Shown piece after piece: positions 38,885 through 48,912 of a stretch of DNA of 64,000 nt. Within the stretch, counting starts at the first letter, position 1, and each line of letters begins with the position of its first letter. This stretch comes from Candidatus Rifleibacteriota bacterium (lineage in GTDB: Bacteria > Muiribacteriota > Ozemobacteria > Ozemobacterales > Ozemobacteraceae), in contig JAAYVD010000022.1 in the NCBI GenBank assembly GCA_012517355.1, forward strand, positions 75,011 to 139,010. Reading direction: 5' to 3'. Below the pieces are notes generated by a model. The model did not search any database. It saw only the letters and a program-made list of their open reading frames with translations, and was not told the DNA's origin. The position numbers and the translations under genes are program-made.

Positions 38885-40561
38885 TCAATCGGCGCGGCAC
38901 AGGGCGAACACTTCGTCGGGGGTGGTCAACCCCTGGGTGAACTTCAGGATGATGTCGTCTTTCAGGGTTTTCATCCCGGATTGGATGGCGACCTTCATCA
39001 GGTCGTCGCCGGGGGCCTTCTGGATGATCAGGCGCCGGATGCTCTCGTTGGTATACATCACCTCGTGCACGCCGACGCGGCCCTTGTACCCGGTGGTGGC
39101 GCATTTTTCACAGCCCTTTCCCCGGTAATACGTGCCGTTGATGGCCTCGGGAGGCAGCCCGAGGGTCTGCAGGACCTCGGGGGTGATGTTCCCATCGACG
39201 TCCTTGCAGAACTTGCAGACGCGGCGGGCCAGGCGCTGGGAGACGATGCACAGGAGGGCCGCCGAGACCAGGAAGGGCTCGACGCCCATGTCGATCAGGC
39301 GGGAGGCGGTGCTGGGGGCATCGTTGGTGTGCAGGGTGGCGAACACCAGGTGGCCGGTCAAGGCCGCCTCGACCGCGATGGTGGCCGTCTCCTCGTCGCG
39401 GATCTCGCCGAGCATGATGACGTCGGGGTCTTGTCGGAGGAAGGCGCGCAGCACCTTCGAAAAGTCGAGGTCGATCTCGGGGCGCACCTGCACCTGGTTG
39501 ATCAGCTTGAGCTTGTACTCGACGGGGTTTTCGACGGTACAGATGTTCATGTCGACGCCCTTGATGGCGTTGAGGCAGGCATACAGGGTGGTCGTCTTTC
39601 CTGAGCCCGTCGGGCCGGTGACCAGGACCATGCCGTTGGGCGCGGCGATGGCTTTCTGCACCAGTCCGAAGTTGTATGGGGTGAAGCCCATTTGCTCGAG
39701 ATTGACCTGGACGTTTGATTTGTCGAGGATCCGGAGGCAGACCTTTTCTCCGTAGGCCACGGGAATGGTGTTGACGCGGAAATCGATCGGCTTGTCCATG
39801 ATCGTCATCTGGATGCGGCCGTCCTGGGGGATGCGGCGCTCGGAGATGTCCATGGATGAAAGGATCTTGAGGCGCGAGACCAGCGAGGCCTGCGCCTCGG
39901 GCTGCAGGGTCATCGAAACCATCAGGCTGCCGTCGATGCGCAGCCGCACCCGCAGTTCGCCTTCGTCGGGCTCGATATGGATGTCGCTGGCCCCTTTCTG
40001 CACCGCCTGCGTCAGGATCAGGTTGCACAGCTTGATGATCGGGGTGTCGTCGCTGGCCTTCTTCAGGGCGTCGAGTTCGCCGGCCGAGGCCTGCCCGTCC
40101 CCCATCGTGGCGAGGGCGTCGGCCATGGCGCCGGCCACGTACAGCTTGTCGAGGTTGTCGTTGATCTGGTTTTCCGAGCAGATGGCGCGCACGACCTCGC
40201 AGTTGTTCTGGAACTGGATCTCGTCGATGATGAACACGTCGAGCGGGTCGGCCATGCCGATCATCAGGCTCTTGCCGTCGAAACTGATGGGGATCAGCAG
40301 GTGCTTGCGGGCGATCTTCTCGGGCACCATCTTCAGGACCTCGGGCTTGACCTCGACCTTCGACAGGTCGACGAACGGCACCTTGAGCTGCTTTCCCAGG
40401 ATCGGCAGCAGTTTGTCCTCGGACAGGTAGCCGAGCTCGATGAGGACCTGGCCAATGCGCTTGCCGCGCTTCTTCTGCTCGGCGAGCCCGATGTTGAGCT
40501 CCTTCTCGCCGATGTGGCCGGCCTCAATGAGCATCTCGCCGATCTTCTTCCGTTTGAACAT
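38885..40561 (-). CDS. pilB: Type IV pilus assembly ATPase (GspE/PilB family)
   Basis: N-terminal GSPII_E_N-like domain. Walker A GPTGSGKTT. Asp box and His box. Tetracysteine motif CKFC...CEKC. Confidence 0.9.
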   Translation of the reverse strand: MFKRKKIGEMLIEAGHIGEKELNIGLAEQKKRGKRIGQVLIELGYLSEDKLLPILGKQLKVPFVDLSKVEVKPEVLKMVPEKIARKHLLIPISFDGKSLMIGMADPLDVFIIDEIQFQNNCEVVRAICSENQINDNLDKLYVAGAMADALATMGDGQASAGELDALKKASDDTPIIKLCNLILTQAVQKGASDIHIEPDEGELRVRLRIDGSLMVSMTLQPEAQASLVSRLKILSSMDISERRIPQDGRIQMTIMDKPIDFRVNTIPVAYGEKVCLRILDKSNVQVNLEQMGFTPYNFGLVQKAIAAPNGMVLVTGPTGSGKTTTLYACLNAIKGVDMNICTVENPVEYKLKLINQVQVRPEIDLDFSKVLRAFLRQDPDVIMLGEIRDEETATIAVEAALTGHLVFATLHTNDAPSTASRLIDMGVEPFLVSAALLCIVSQRLARRVCKFCKDVDGNITPEVLQTLGLPPEAINGTYYRGKGCEKCATTGYKGRVGVHEVMYTNESIRRLIIQKAPGDDLMKVAIQSGMKTLKDDIILKFTQGLTTPDEVFALCRAD

Positions 40562-40590
40562 GGGTCGTTCCCTTGTCGATCAGCCGCGGC

Positions 40591-41340
40591 CTAGCCGGCG
40601 GACTCCCAGTATTTGCGCCGGGCTTCCATGTAGTGCGGGTTGAGCTTGATGGCCAGCCGGAATTCGTCCATCGCCTCGTCGGGTTTGCCCCTCTTCTTCA
40701 GGATCATGCCCAGATGATAGTGCAGGTCGGCATACTCCGGATGCTCGCGCAACAGCCGGCGGTACTCCCGCTCGGCCAGGTCGAGCAGCCCCAGGTCGGT
40801 GAAGATGAGACCGAAATCGACCGTCACGCTTCCGGGGCCGAGCAGTCGGCCCATGTGGTCCTCGACCACCTGGCGGTATTCCTGCATGGCCCGGTTGAAG
40901 GCGCCCTGGTCCTGGTAGATGCGCCCGATGTAATACCGGGCGGCGGCATAGCGGGGGTTGATGGCCAGGGCGTTGGAAAAGCTGGCCAGGGCCTTCTCGA
41001 GCGCCCGGCTCTCGTAGAAGATCAGGCCCACGTTGAAATGGGCGTCGGCGAACCGGGGATTCAGGGTCAGCACCGATTCGTAGGCGGCGATGGCCTGGTC
41101 GCGATCGCCGAGCTGGCGGTAGGCGTGGCCCAGGTGGTTGAAATACACGGGGTTTTTCGGGTTCAGGTTCACCGCTTTGACGAAGCAGAACGAGGCCTTG
41201 TCGAGCTGTCCCTTGAGGAAAAACGCGTTTCCCAGGTGGAACAGGCCTTCCGGGTCCTTGGGGTGGTCCCGGAGGTGTTTGATACAGGCATCGACCACCT
41301 CGTCGAGAAGACCGGGGTCGTAGAGGGTTTCGGGCGGCAT
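40591..41340 (-). CDS. Cytoplasmic TPR-repeat protein
   Basis: About six TPR units (GNAFFLKGQLDKA, LGHAYRQLGDRDQA, ...). No signal peptide. Confidence 0.75.
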   Translation of the reverse strand: MPPETLYDPGLLDEVVDACIKHLRDHPKDPEGLFHLGNAFFLKGQLDKASFCFVKAVNLNPKNPVYFNHLGHAYRQLGDRDQAIAAYESVLTLNPRFADAHFNVGLIFYESRALEKALASFSNALAINPRYAAARYYIGRIYQDQGAFNRAMQEYRQVVEDHMGRLLGPGSVTVDFGLIFTDLGLLDLAEREYRRLLREHPEYADLHYHLGMILKKRGKPDEAMDEFRLAIKLNPHYMEARRKYWESAG

Positions 41341-41386
41341 GAACCTTCTTCCGTTCGTCCGCGAGGGACCCGTTCAGGATACCGCT

Positions 41387-42127
41387 TCAGCGGTGATCCG
41401 ACAAGATGGATTTCACATCCCGGCCGATCTTGGTGCGGGGTTCGAGACGGCGGAAGGACGCCTTCTCGGTGCAGTAGGTGTGCAATACCTCGAGCCCCTC
41501 GTACATCCTCTTGCGAAGCGCTTGTCCGAGGTCCATGAAGAAGGGGGCCAGGTGCCTGATGCCTTCATCGACCGACAGTTCCTCCCGGGGGTGGAACCGA
41601 AATTTGTAGATGATGCCGTCATCCCGTCGGAAGATGTCGATCTCGGGTTCCTCGAGGTGCGGATTGCGGGCGATGAAGGCCCGGGTCTCGAAAAACAGCT
41701 CCCGGGTGTAGCCCTCGTAGAGGTCGACCCCCCAGATGTAGGGGTTCTGGAAGACGCACACCGGAAAGACCGGGGAGAGGAACCGCTTCATGCTGTCGAC
41801 CAGGTCGAAATTGTACTGGTCGGAGGACACGGAGATGGTCAGGGTGCCGCCGCGCAGCTCGAACGAGCCGCCGTCGGCGAAGGTTCCCACGATGGTGTCG
41901 ATCTTGTCGGAGTCGGGATGGTTGACCAGGATCTTGCGGGTGCGGTCGTTGATGTGGCGGAACGATTCGTCGGGCCGGTCGGAATAGGTGATCGTGACCT
42001 CGTCCACGGACAGGGGGAGCAGGGTTTCCAGCACGTGGGAAAAGATCTCCCGGCCCTTGCGGGAACTGAAAAAGCCGTACTTCTCGAATACCTGGTCGGG
42101 TTCGGTCATGTCGTCACCGGTTCCCAT
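41387..42127 (-). CDS. Hypothetical protein (246 aa). No family was recognised.
   Basis: Long ORF with non-repetitive, balanced amino-acid composition. Its 3' end overlaps the upstream phosphatase gene by 22 nt. Confidence 0.5.
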   Translation of the reverse strand: MGTGDDMTEPDQVFEKYGFFSSRKGREIFSHVLETLLPLSVDEVTITYSDRPDESFRHINDRTRKILVNHPDSDKIDTIVGTFADGGSFELRGGTLTISVSSDQYNFDLVDSMKRFLSPVFPVCVFQNPYIWGVDLYEGYTRELFFETRAFIARNPHLEEPEIDIFRRDDGIIYKFRFHPREELSVDEGIRHLAPFFMDLGQALRKRMYEGLEVLHTYCTEKASFRRLEPRTKIGRDVKSILSDHR

Positions 42128-43734
42128 TTGACATACACGATCGTGGTGTCATCTTCAAGAGGGGCGGTTCCTTTGAAGCGGTTCAGGCCGGCCATCAGGT
42201 GGACGACGACCTCCGATGCCTTTCCCGCGGGCGCGTTTTCCAGGCTCAATCGCAGTTTCTCCATCCCGTACCGTTCCCGTTGCCGGTTCGTGGCATCTGT
42301 CAGCCCGTCGGTATACAACAGGAACCCGTCGGCGGGCAGCAATTCGACCTCCATGTCGGTATACTCCCCCTCGTCTGTATCGAAAAGGCCGAGGGGAATC
42401 CCCACCTCGAACGGGATGTCCTCGACGTATTCATTCCGGGTGCGGACCACCAGGGGCCGGCAGTGTCCCGCGCTGGCGAAGGCCACCCGTGGGGAGCCGG
42501 GGGTCAGGAAGGCCACCAACATCGTGGCGAACAGCGTGCCGAGGTTCTCCCGGGAGATCTGCCGGGAAAGGGTGGTCAGCAGGGCGGCCGGCGTGGGGGC
42601 CGGGTCGACGGCCGACCGGACGAGGGTCTGGATCTTCGACAGGAAGAGGGCGGCGGGCAGGCCCTTTCCCGAGACGTCGGCGATGACCACCGCCAGGCGG
42701 CCGTCGCCGCGGGGAATGAGGTCGTAGTAGTCTCCCGAGATTTCGCGGCTCGGGTTGCAGACCCCGTGGATGTCGAAACCCGGGAAGGCCAGGACATTCC
42801 GGGGCAGGGCGGACGTCTGCACCGAGCGGGCGATCTCCACCTCCTGATGCAGCCGTTGCTGGTCGAGATGTTCCTGATACAAGACGTGGTTGTCCAGGAA
42901 AATGGCGATCTGGCGGGCGATGAGATTGGCGATGACCAGCTCGTCTCCGGTAAGGCCGCGGGTCCGGCGGGGGTGGAACAGGAGAAGCCCTCGGATCCGG
43001 TTCCAGAGACTCAGCGGCAGGATGGCCTGGGCGGCCTGCTCACGGCCGGCCCGCCGGGGCAGCGCGAACGACTGCCAGCCCATGTCGTTGAGGCGCGGCA
43101 GATCGATCTGGTCTCGCAGGATCTCCGTGGCGTCCTGTACCAGATGGTCCTCCGGGGCCAGGAACTGGACTCCGCCGGTGGGGTGGGGGCTGCTGCCGAT
43201 CTCGAAATGCAGGCGGGGTCCATCAGGCAGGAAGATGAGGAGACAGGCATCGGGAAAAAGTTCCTGGGTGAACTGCAGGGCCACCCGCAACTGCCGGTGC
43301 AGTTCCTGCGAGTAATCCATGAACCCGAGAAGTTGCGAGATGCGCTCGAGGCTGGTGCAGCGGTCGCGCAGGCGGGAAATGCTGGACTCGAACCATCCCA
43401 CCACGAGTTGGGGCTGCAGGACGGTGTCGGAAAAATCGGGGATGCCCACGGGGGGAGGGGCCTCTCCGGGGGGGGGCGTGGCGGGCCGGCCTGGGAAAAG
43501 CCGCGAGTAGGTCCAGTAGGAGATGATGCCGGTCACCAGGGCGCCGAACACGACGAAGAACAGGGCCAGCACCCGGCCAGGCGCATACCTGGTCGCGGCG
43601 GGTTCCTGCAGGAACAACATCCCGATGGCGGTGGCCAGGGTGAACACCCCCGCCCCGAGATATTTGAGGGGAACCAGGCGAGATCCGTTTTCCATCGTCT
43701 TCGGGCCCGGGGCGGAGCAGAAAGGGCCGTCCAC
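42106..43734 (-). CDS. Membrane-anchored GAF + PP2C-type (SpoIIE/RsbU-like) serine phosphatase
   Basis: Two N-terminal TM helices, a GAF-like region, and PP2C motifs (ISGDYYDL, VVIADVSGKGLPAALF, LLYTDGLTDA). Confidence 0.8.
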   Translation of the reverse strand: MDGPFCSAPGPKTMENGSRLVPLKYLGAGVFTLATAIGMLFLQEPAATRYAPGRVLALFFVVFGALVTGIISYWTYSRLFPGRPATPPPGEAPPPVGIPDFSDTVLQPQLVVGWFESSISRLRDRCTSLERISQLLGFMDYSQELHRQLRVALQFTQELFPDACLLIFLPDGPRLHFEIGSSPHPTGGVQFLAPEDHLVQDATEILRDQIDLPRLNDMGWQSFALPRRAGREQAAQAILPLSLWNRIRGLLLFHPRRTRGLTGDELVIANLIARQIAIFLDNHVLYQEHLDQQRLHQEVEIARSVQTSALPRNVLAFPGFDIHGVCNPSREISGDYYDLIPRGDGRLAVVIADVSGKGLPAALFLSKIQTLVRSAVDPAPTPAALLTTLSRQISRENLGTLFATMLVAFLTPGSPRVAFASAGHCRPLVVRTRNEYVEDIPFEVGIPLGLFDTDEGEYTDMEVELLPADGFLLYTDGLTDATNRQRERYGMEKLRLSLENAPAGKASEVVVHLMAGLNRFKGTAPLEDDTTIVYVKWEPVTT

Positions 43735-44002
43735 TGGCGCCGACCTCCCGCTTCCGGGTGTCCCAGTGTAATCGGAACCCCCCTCGGCGTCAATGTTTCC
43801 GTCCCTCCCGGGGTTACCCGTCAGGGCCAGAATGAAGGCCTCTCTTCAGGTGTCGCCAACCAACCGATGGTATTTGGTCGGGTGGGAACTGGCCCCTGCA
43901 CCTGGCGGAAGAGGTTCCCTGGGGCCTGGCGGACGTTCCCTTTCATGCCCGTTCTTCACCAGTCAGGGAATGAGCGGTTGGCCGGCCCCGGAATTTCTGT
44001 CA

Positions 44003-44035
44003 GAATAAGAAAAACCCCGCGCCTTGGGCGCGGGG
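44003..44035 (-). terminator. Rho-independent terminator
   Basis: On the minus strand the hairpin CCCCGCGCCCAAGGCGCGGGG is followed by UUUUUCUUAUUCU, just downstream of the 44069 gene. Confidence 0.65.
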
Positions 44036-44068
44036 TCGGAGTCGGGGACGGGGGTAGGGGAAAAGGTC

Positions 44069-44509
44069 TCAGGCGGCCCGGTAACGCTCGTAGGAGTGCT
44101 CGACCCGTTGGTCCAGGGTCTTGAGGTGGTCAGAGAGGGCGTTGATGGCCTGGGGGTCGCCGATCTTGGCCAGGGCTTCCCCGGCGGCGATGCTCACTTC
44201 CTCCTTCGGGTCGGCCAGGGCTTCGATGAGCGCCTGGACGACGGCGGTGCCCCGCTTTTCTCCCAGTTGAATGCACGAGATACGGCGGATGCGCCAGTCA
44301 GGGCTCTTCAGGCCACGGATGTAGCGCCAGGTCTGGTCGAGGGGAGTGACCGAAGCCAGGGCGGGAACACGGGGACGGGGGGTAGGGCTGGTGCCGGCCG
44401 GGGCGGGGACGAACCGCTCCCAGGCGGCCGAGAAGACCTTTTCGAAAAGGAACCACCCCGTGAAGTAGACGAGGGTGAGCAACAGGATTTTCAGTTCGAG
44501 TTCGAGCAT
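44069..44509 (-). CDS. Small membrane-anchored HEAT-repeat (PBS-lyase-like) protein
   Basis: The start MLELELKILLLTLVYF... is preceded by AGGAGG 8 nt upstream. One TM helix. HEAT-like repeats (RRISCIQLGEKRGTAVVQALIEALADPKEEVSIAAGEALAKIGDPQAINAL). Confidence 0.65.
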   Translation of the reverse strand: MLELELKILLLTLVYFTGWFLFEKVFSAAWERFVPAPAGTSPTPRPRVPALASVTPLDQTWRYIRGLKSPDWRIRRISCIQLGEKRGTAVVQALIEALADPKEEVSIAAGEALAKIGDPQAINALSDHLKTLDQRVEHSYERYRAA

Positions 44510-44835
44510 CGGATAAGTGCCTCCTTCGGGTATCTGGGATATACATCGGCACGGTGCCCCGGAAGGTTGACCCAGGGTTGGGAAATCAGGCGTGCACGAA
44601 GGAAAGGAGACTCCAGCAAGCTGGTGGATGGGAAACAGGTTGCACCATCGCTGAACCCAGATCATCCTTGATGGATCGGTAACCGCTGAATCGGTCGTTC
44701 CCGGGCCTTTAAATTCCCGAGATGTTGGAGTGACAACATGAATGTCGGATTCCTGCGACGGGTGCGCAGGAATTCCGATCGATCAGGCGCACCTCGGCAG
44801 CCGGATTGGTGCTCCGGTGGGTGGCCGAAATGGGA

Positions 44836-46419
44836 TCAGACCGAAGGTTGTTGCCCGTGCCCGGCAAACTCGAGAGAAACTGGCCAGGGACCGTTGGACG
44901 GAACGGCCTTTCCTTCGAGGGCGTCGAGGGCTGCGCCGATGGCCGGGCTCCGGAACCCGAAGGTGGCCAGGGTGCCCTTTGCCTCTGGGAACAAGCCCAG
45001 GTCGTAGGGGTTCCGAACGGCCACGACGATGGAGTTCCGCCTCCGGGCAAGGAGGCGGCGCACCCCGTCCACCTGGCCGGGGAACAGGTGCGCATTGTAG
45101 GTGAAGATGACCATCGGGGCATCCGCCGGCAGAGACGCGGCGAGGCGGTCATACTCGGCGGCCAGGGCGTCTCCCGTTCCCTTCGGATCGAACAGGGCGC
45201 CCCGTGCCTGGGGGAACCGTTCCTGCACTGTGGCCAGGAAGCCGTCGCCCTGGTGGGTTTCCTCGACCTGCACAAGGGAGGCGATCCGGGGGCAGAAAGC
45301 CAGCAGGGGTGCGTTGCGTGGAATGGGAAGAACCCCGGGCGGCATCCGGCCGGCGAGGATGGCCTTGGCGCTGGCTTCGGCGATCAGGGACCGGTGGGAT
45401 CGTTCCAGGTCGGGCAGGGTGGCCCGGGAACCCGTCGTCGCGAGGGTCGCCCGTGCCCGGGCGATGCGTTCGAGACTCTCCGACAGGCGGCGCCGGGCTT
45501 CCGGGTTGGCGGTCACCTCCGCCAGGATGGTCTCGGCAGCCTGCCGCTCCCGGGCAAGGTCGTGGCAGATCAGCAGGAGGTCGGCCCCGGCCAGGAAGGA
45601 CCGGCGGGCGGCGTCGGGCACCCCGTAGGCTTCGGTGATGGCGCCCATCTCCAGGTCATCGGTGATCAGCAGTCCCTTGAATCCGAGTTCCTGGCGCAGC
45701 AGGTCGGTCAGGACGCGCCGGGACAGGGTCGCGGGCAGGTTGGGTGTTTCCTCGAACGCGGGGAAGAAGACGTGGGCGGTCATGATCGCTCCTACCCCCG
45801 CTTCGATCGCGGCCCGGAAGGGGGCCAGTTCGAACCGGCGGAGGCGGTCGCGGTCGAAGGGGATGGTCGGGAGGCTCAGGTGCGAGTCGACCTGGGCGTG
45901 CCCCTTCCCCGGGAAATGCTTGGCGCAGGCCAGGACCCCGCCCGCCTGCAGGCCCCGCAGATACGGGATGCCGAATCGGGTCACCTGGTCCGGGGTCTCT
46001 CCGAATGACCGGGCGCCGATGCCCGGGTTGTGGGCGTGGTTGATGTCGAGGACCGGGGCGAGGTTCCAGTTGAGGTCCAGGGCCCGCATTTCGCGGCCGA
46101 TGGCGGTGGCCACCTTCTCCACGAGTTCGGGCTGGTTGGTCGCGGCCAGGCCCATGGCACTGGGGAACAGGCTGCCACCGCGCAGGATGCGCAGGACGAG
46201 GCCCCCCTCCTGGTCGATCGAGGTGAACAGGGTCTGCCCGGAGGCTTCGCTGATGCGCCTGATCACCCCTGGCAGGTTCGCCGGGTCATCGATGTTGCGG
46301 ACGAAGACGATGATGCCGCCGATGCCCCATTCGTGGACGAAATCGAGGAACTCCCTGGTGGGTTCCGTTCCCTGGTAGCCGACGACGAAGAGTTGCCCGA
46401 TCTGTTTCTTGAGGTCCAT
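44836..46419 (-). CDS. nagZ: Glycoside hydrolase family 3 beta-N-acetylhexosaminidase (NagZ-like) with an extra C-terminal domain
   Basis: GQLFVVGYQG, SIDQEGGLVLRI, GH3 catalytic region KHFPGKGHAQVDSHL...ITDDLEMGAI. The start at MDLKKQIG was verified (ATG at 46419). Confidence 0.85.
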   Translation of the reverse strand: MDLKKQIGQLFVVGYQGTEPTREFLDFVHEWGIGGIIVFVRNIDDPANLPGVIRRISEASGQTLFTSIDQEGGLVLRILRGGSLFPSAMGLAATNQPELVEKVATAIGREMRALDLNWNLAPVLDINHAHNPGIGARSFGETPDQVTRFGIPYLRGLQAGGVLACAKHFPGKGHAQVDSHLSLPTIPFDRDRLRRFELAPFRAAIEAGVGAIMTAHVFFPAFEETPNLPATLSRRVLTDLLRQELGFKGLLITDDLEMGAITEAYGVPDAARRSFLAGADLLLICHDLARERQAAETILAEVTANPEARRRLSESLERIARARATLATTGSRATLPDLERSHRSLIAEASAKAILAGRMPPGVLPIPRNAPLLAFCPRIASLVQVEETHQGDGFLATVQERFPQARGALFDPKGTGDALAAEYDRLAASLPADAPMVIFTYNAHLFPGQVDGVRRLLARRRNSIVVAVRNPYDLGLFPEAKGTLATFGFRSPAIGAALDALEGKAVPSNGPWPVSLEFAGHGQQPSV

Positions 46420-46682
46420 GCCCGCCTCCGGTTCACGCTCGATGCCTCGCCGTTCCGGCGAGGTCCCCATGATAATCCGGTTCTCCCTTCCATTGGAAGC
46501 CCCGACCGAAACGGGGTCGGAAACCGGGGTTGGGATGCCTCTGCCGCCCTCGAAGGAGCGGTCTCCAGGCCGCGACTCCAGACCGTGACCTGACCGCCAC
46601 GATGACACCGGGCGGGCCGGGCAGGGTATTCCCCTGGCCCGCTGATTCCGGTATAATCCGACCGTCCTCGGAAGGAGAGCCT

Positions 46683-48089
46683 ATGTTTTGCTTTCGATGT
46701 GGGTACCAGCTGCCGCCAAAAGTGGTGGCCTGTCCGGTCTGCGATACCCCGCAAAAGCGGCGGCAGAGGTATCGCCAGCGCCTTTTCTTGGGGTTGTTCA
46801 TCTTCCTCGCCGGGGCCCTGGTCGGCAGTCTCGTCGACAGTTTCCTGTTCAAGGGCCGGGCCTGGGAGCACACCATGCTTGGCGGCCTGACCCACCGGGA
46901 CCCGTCGGCACCGGGGGCGGCCTCGACGCCGGAATCCCTGTCCGGGCCTGTTCCTTCCCTGCCCCCCACCCCCACCGCCCTGGCATCCGCCACCGAAGCC
47001 CCCCCTTCCCTTGGTTCCAAACCTTCGCCGGCCCCGGCCAGCCAGCCTTCCCCCTTGGCCGTAGCAAGCCCTGGATCCGTGCCTGCTACCCTGGCTGAAC
47101 CATTGCCGCTCGTTGCCAGCGGACTTCCGGCCCCGACCCCGCCTCCTCCCGCCCCGGCCGCTGGCGCCCTTCCCGCCACCGACTCCGCGGCCGCTTCCGA
47201 ACCGCTTCCTGGGGGGGCTCGCCTGCCTGACGTGAAACTCGCCTTCGCTGGGGCTTCCCCCCTCGAGGTCACTTCCGAGGTCGACTACCACGGGAGCCTG
47301 TCCCACGACGGCAAGGTCCTGGTCTTCTCCTCCAACCGCCCCGTCTCCGGGAAGGCAGGCCCCTTCCAATGCTACGTCAAAGACCCCGTGGCGACCGCCG
47401 CCGCCGTGCGCGCCTTCCCCTGGGAGGGCAACATCTGGACCCCTGAATTCACCCCGGACGGCCGCGCCCTGGTGTTCTCCAGCGACAGCCAGAAGCCTGA
47501 GCATATCTTCCTCTACGACCGGGTAACCCAGCAACCCCGGGCCCTCACCACGGGCTCCTCGAAGAACATGATGCCCGCCCTCTCGCCCGACGGGAAGTTC
47601 GTTGCCTTCGTCTCCGACCGGCGTGGTTCCAACGACATCTGGATCATCGGCCTCGACGGCAAAAACCTCATCCAGATCACCACCGGCAAGGAGGACGATC
47701 GCGAGCCCCGCTGGTGGCCGGACGGGCGGTCGCTGGTCTTCACGCGGATCTTGGAGAAGTATCGGAATTCCGTCATCATGCGGGTTCCTCTCGACCCCCA
47801 GGGTCCCCCCCAGCCGCTCGTCGAGGGCGGCCGCAATTGGCTGGCCGACCCCTCCCCCGACGGCCGCTACCTTGCCTATGTCCGGTCGAAAGATGCCGAC
47901 GGCAGCGGGAATGTCATCCTCGTCCGCCGCCTGGATTCCGGGGCGGAATTCGCCGTCTCTCCCACAGGGGCGGGCGAATGCTATCGACCGATCTGGACCC
48001 GCGACCTGGCCGGGTTGATCTTCCATGGCGAACGGAACGGGAAGAAGAACCTCTACCAGGCCCGCTTTTCCAAGGCACCCATTGATTGA
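46683..48089 (+). CDS. Single-pass membrane protein: an N-terminal cytoplasmic zinc ribbon, a TM helix, a Pro-rich linker and a periplasmic TolB-like (PD40) beta-propeller
   Basis: MFCFRCGYQLPPKVVACPVCDTP (CxxC..CxxC). TM helix LFLGLFIFLAGALVGSLV. Repeated PD40-like units (SPDGKFVAFVSDRRGSNDIWII, WPDGRSLVFTR, SPDGRYLAYVRS). Confidence 0.75.
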   Translation: MFCFRCGYQLPPKVVACPVCDTPQKRRQRYRQRLFLGLFIFLAGALVGSLVDSFLFKGRAWEHTMLGGLTHRDPSAPGAASTPESLSGPVPSLPPTPTALASATEAPPSLGSKPSPAPASQPSPLAVASPGSVPATLAEPLPLVASGLPAPTPPPPAPAAGALPATDSAAASEPLPGGARLPDVKLAFAGASPLEVTSEVDYHGSLSHDGKVLVFSSNRPVSGKAGPFQCYVKDPVATAAAVRAFPWEGNIWTPEFTPDGRALVFSSDSQKPEHIFLYDRVTQQPRALTTGSSKNMMPALSPDGKFVAFVSDRRGSNDIWIIGLDGKNLIQITTGKEDDREPRWWPDGRSLVFTRILEKYRNSVIMRVPLDPQGPPQPLVEGGRNWLADPSPDGRYLAYVRSKDADGSGNVILVRRLDSGAEFAVSPTGAGECYRPIWTRDLAGLIFHGERNGKKNLYQARFSKAPID

Positions 48090-48895
48090 GCGCTGACTGG
48101 CCGGTCGTCCTTCTCCTGTCGGTCCTGCCTGCCGTGGTCCTGGTGGCGGCCTTTCGCCGGACCTGGGCCGATGGGCAGCTGACCCAGGCCGCGGCCGGGG
48201 GCGGGGTGGCCGGGGCCGTCGCCGCGGTAGGGCTGAAATACGCCCTCTATCCAGGTCTGCAGAGCCTGCTGGGCATCGACCTGCGGACCGCCCTGGCCGA
48301 CTCTTCCTCCTTGGTGGTGCAGGCTGCCATCAGCATCTTCCTGGTGGGAGCCATCGAGGAAGGGGCCAAACTGGGAGGAACTCTGGGCCTCCTGACCTGG
48401 ATTGGCGGACTGCACCGGCCCCCCGCCGCCTATCTCGGATGCCTTGGCGCCGGCCTGGGGTTTTCCATCCTGGAAAATCTCGACTACTACGCCCAGTTCG
48501 GCCAGGCGACCCTGGTGATCCGGTCTCTGGTCAGCACCACGGGCCACCTGGTCTTTTCCGGCCTGATCGGTGTGACCCTGGGCGGAGCCCTGTATTGGAG
48601 CCAGCGGCGGCCTTTGGCTGGTTACCTGCTGCTCCTCGGGGGATACGGCGTGGGCATGACCTGCCACGGGGTCTTCAACCTGGTGGCCATGACGGCCGAA
48701 CCCGGCGTTTCCCTGCCCGTTCTTGCCGGGGTGCTGGTGGTCGGCCTGGTGATCATGTACGAGGGCTGGCACGCCCTGCTCCGCCTCGACCGGACGGACG
48801 GAACGGCCACCTGGACCTGTGTCCGCTGCGGGGAACCCGACGAGGGGCCCGGCCGGTTCTGCCGGAAATGCGGAGAACGCCAGCCGCGGGGCTGA
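48086..48895 (+). CDS. PrsW-family intramembrane protease with a C-terminal zinc ribbon
   Basis: Multiple TM helices. AIEEGAKLGG (the EExxK motif of PrsW). C-terminal CVRCG...CRKCG. TTG start overlapping the upstream stop (TTGA). Confidence 0.65.
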   Translation: MSADWPVVLLLSVLPAVVLVAAFRRTWADGQLTQAAAGGGVAGAVAAVGLKYALYPGLQSLLGIDLRTALADSSSLVVQAAISIFLVGAIEEGAKLGGTLGLLTWIGGLHRPPAAYLGCLGAGLGFSILENLDYYAQFGQATLVIRSLVSTTGHLVFSGLIGVTLGGALYWSQRRPLAGYLLLLGGYGVGMTCHGVFNLVAMTAEPGVSLPVLAGVLVVGLVIMYEGWHALLRLDRTDGTATWTCVRCGEPDEGPGRFCRKCGERQPRG

Positions 48896-48912
48896 AAGCG
48901 AGGATTCACGGC

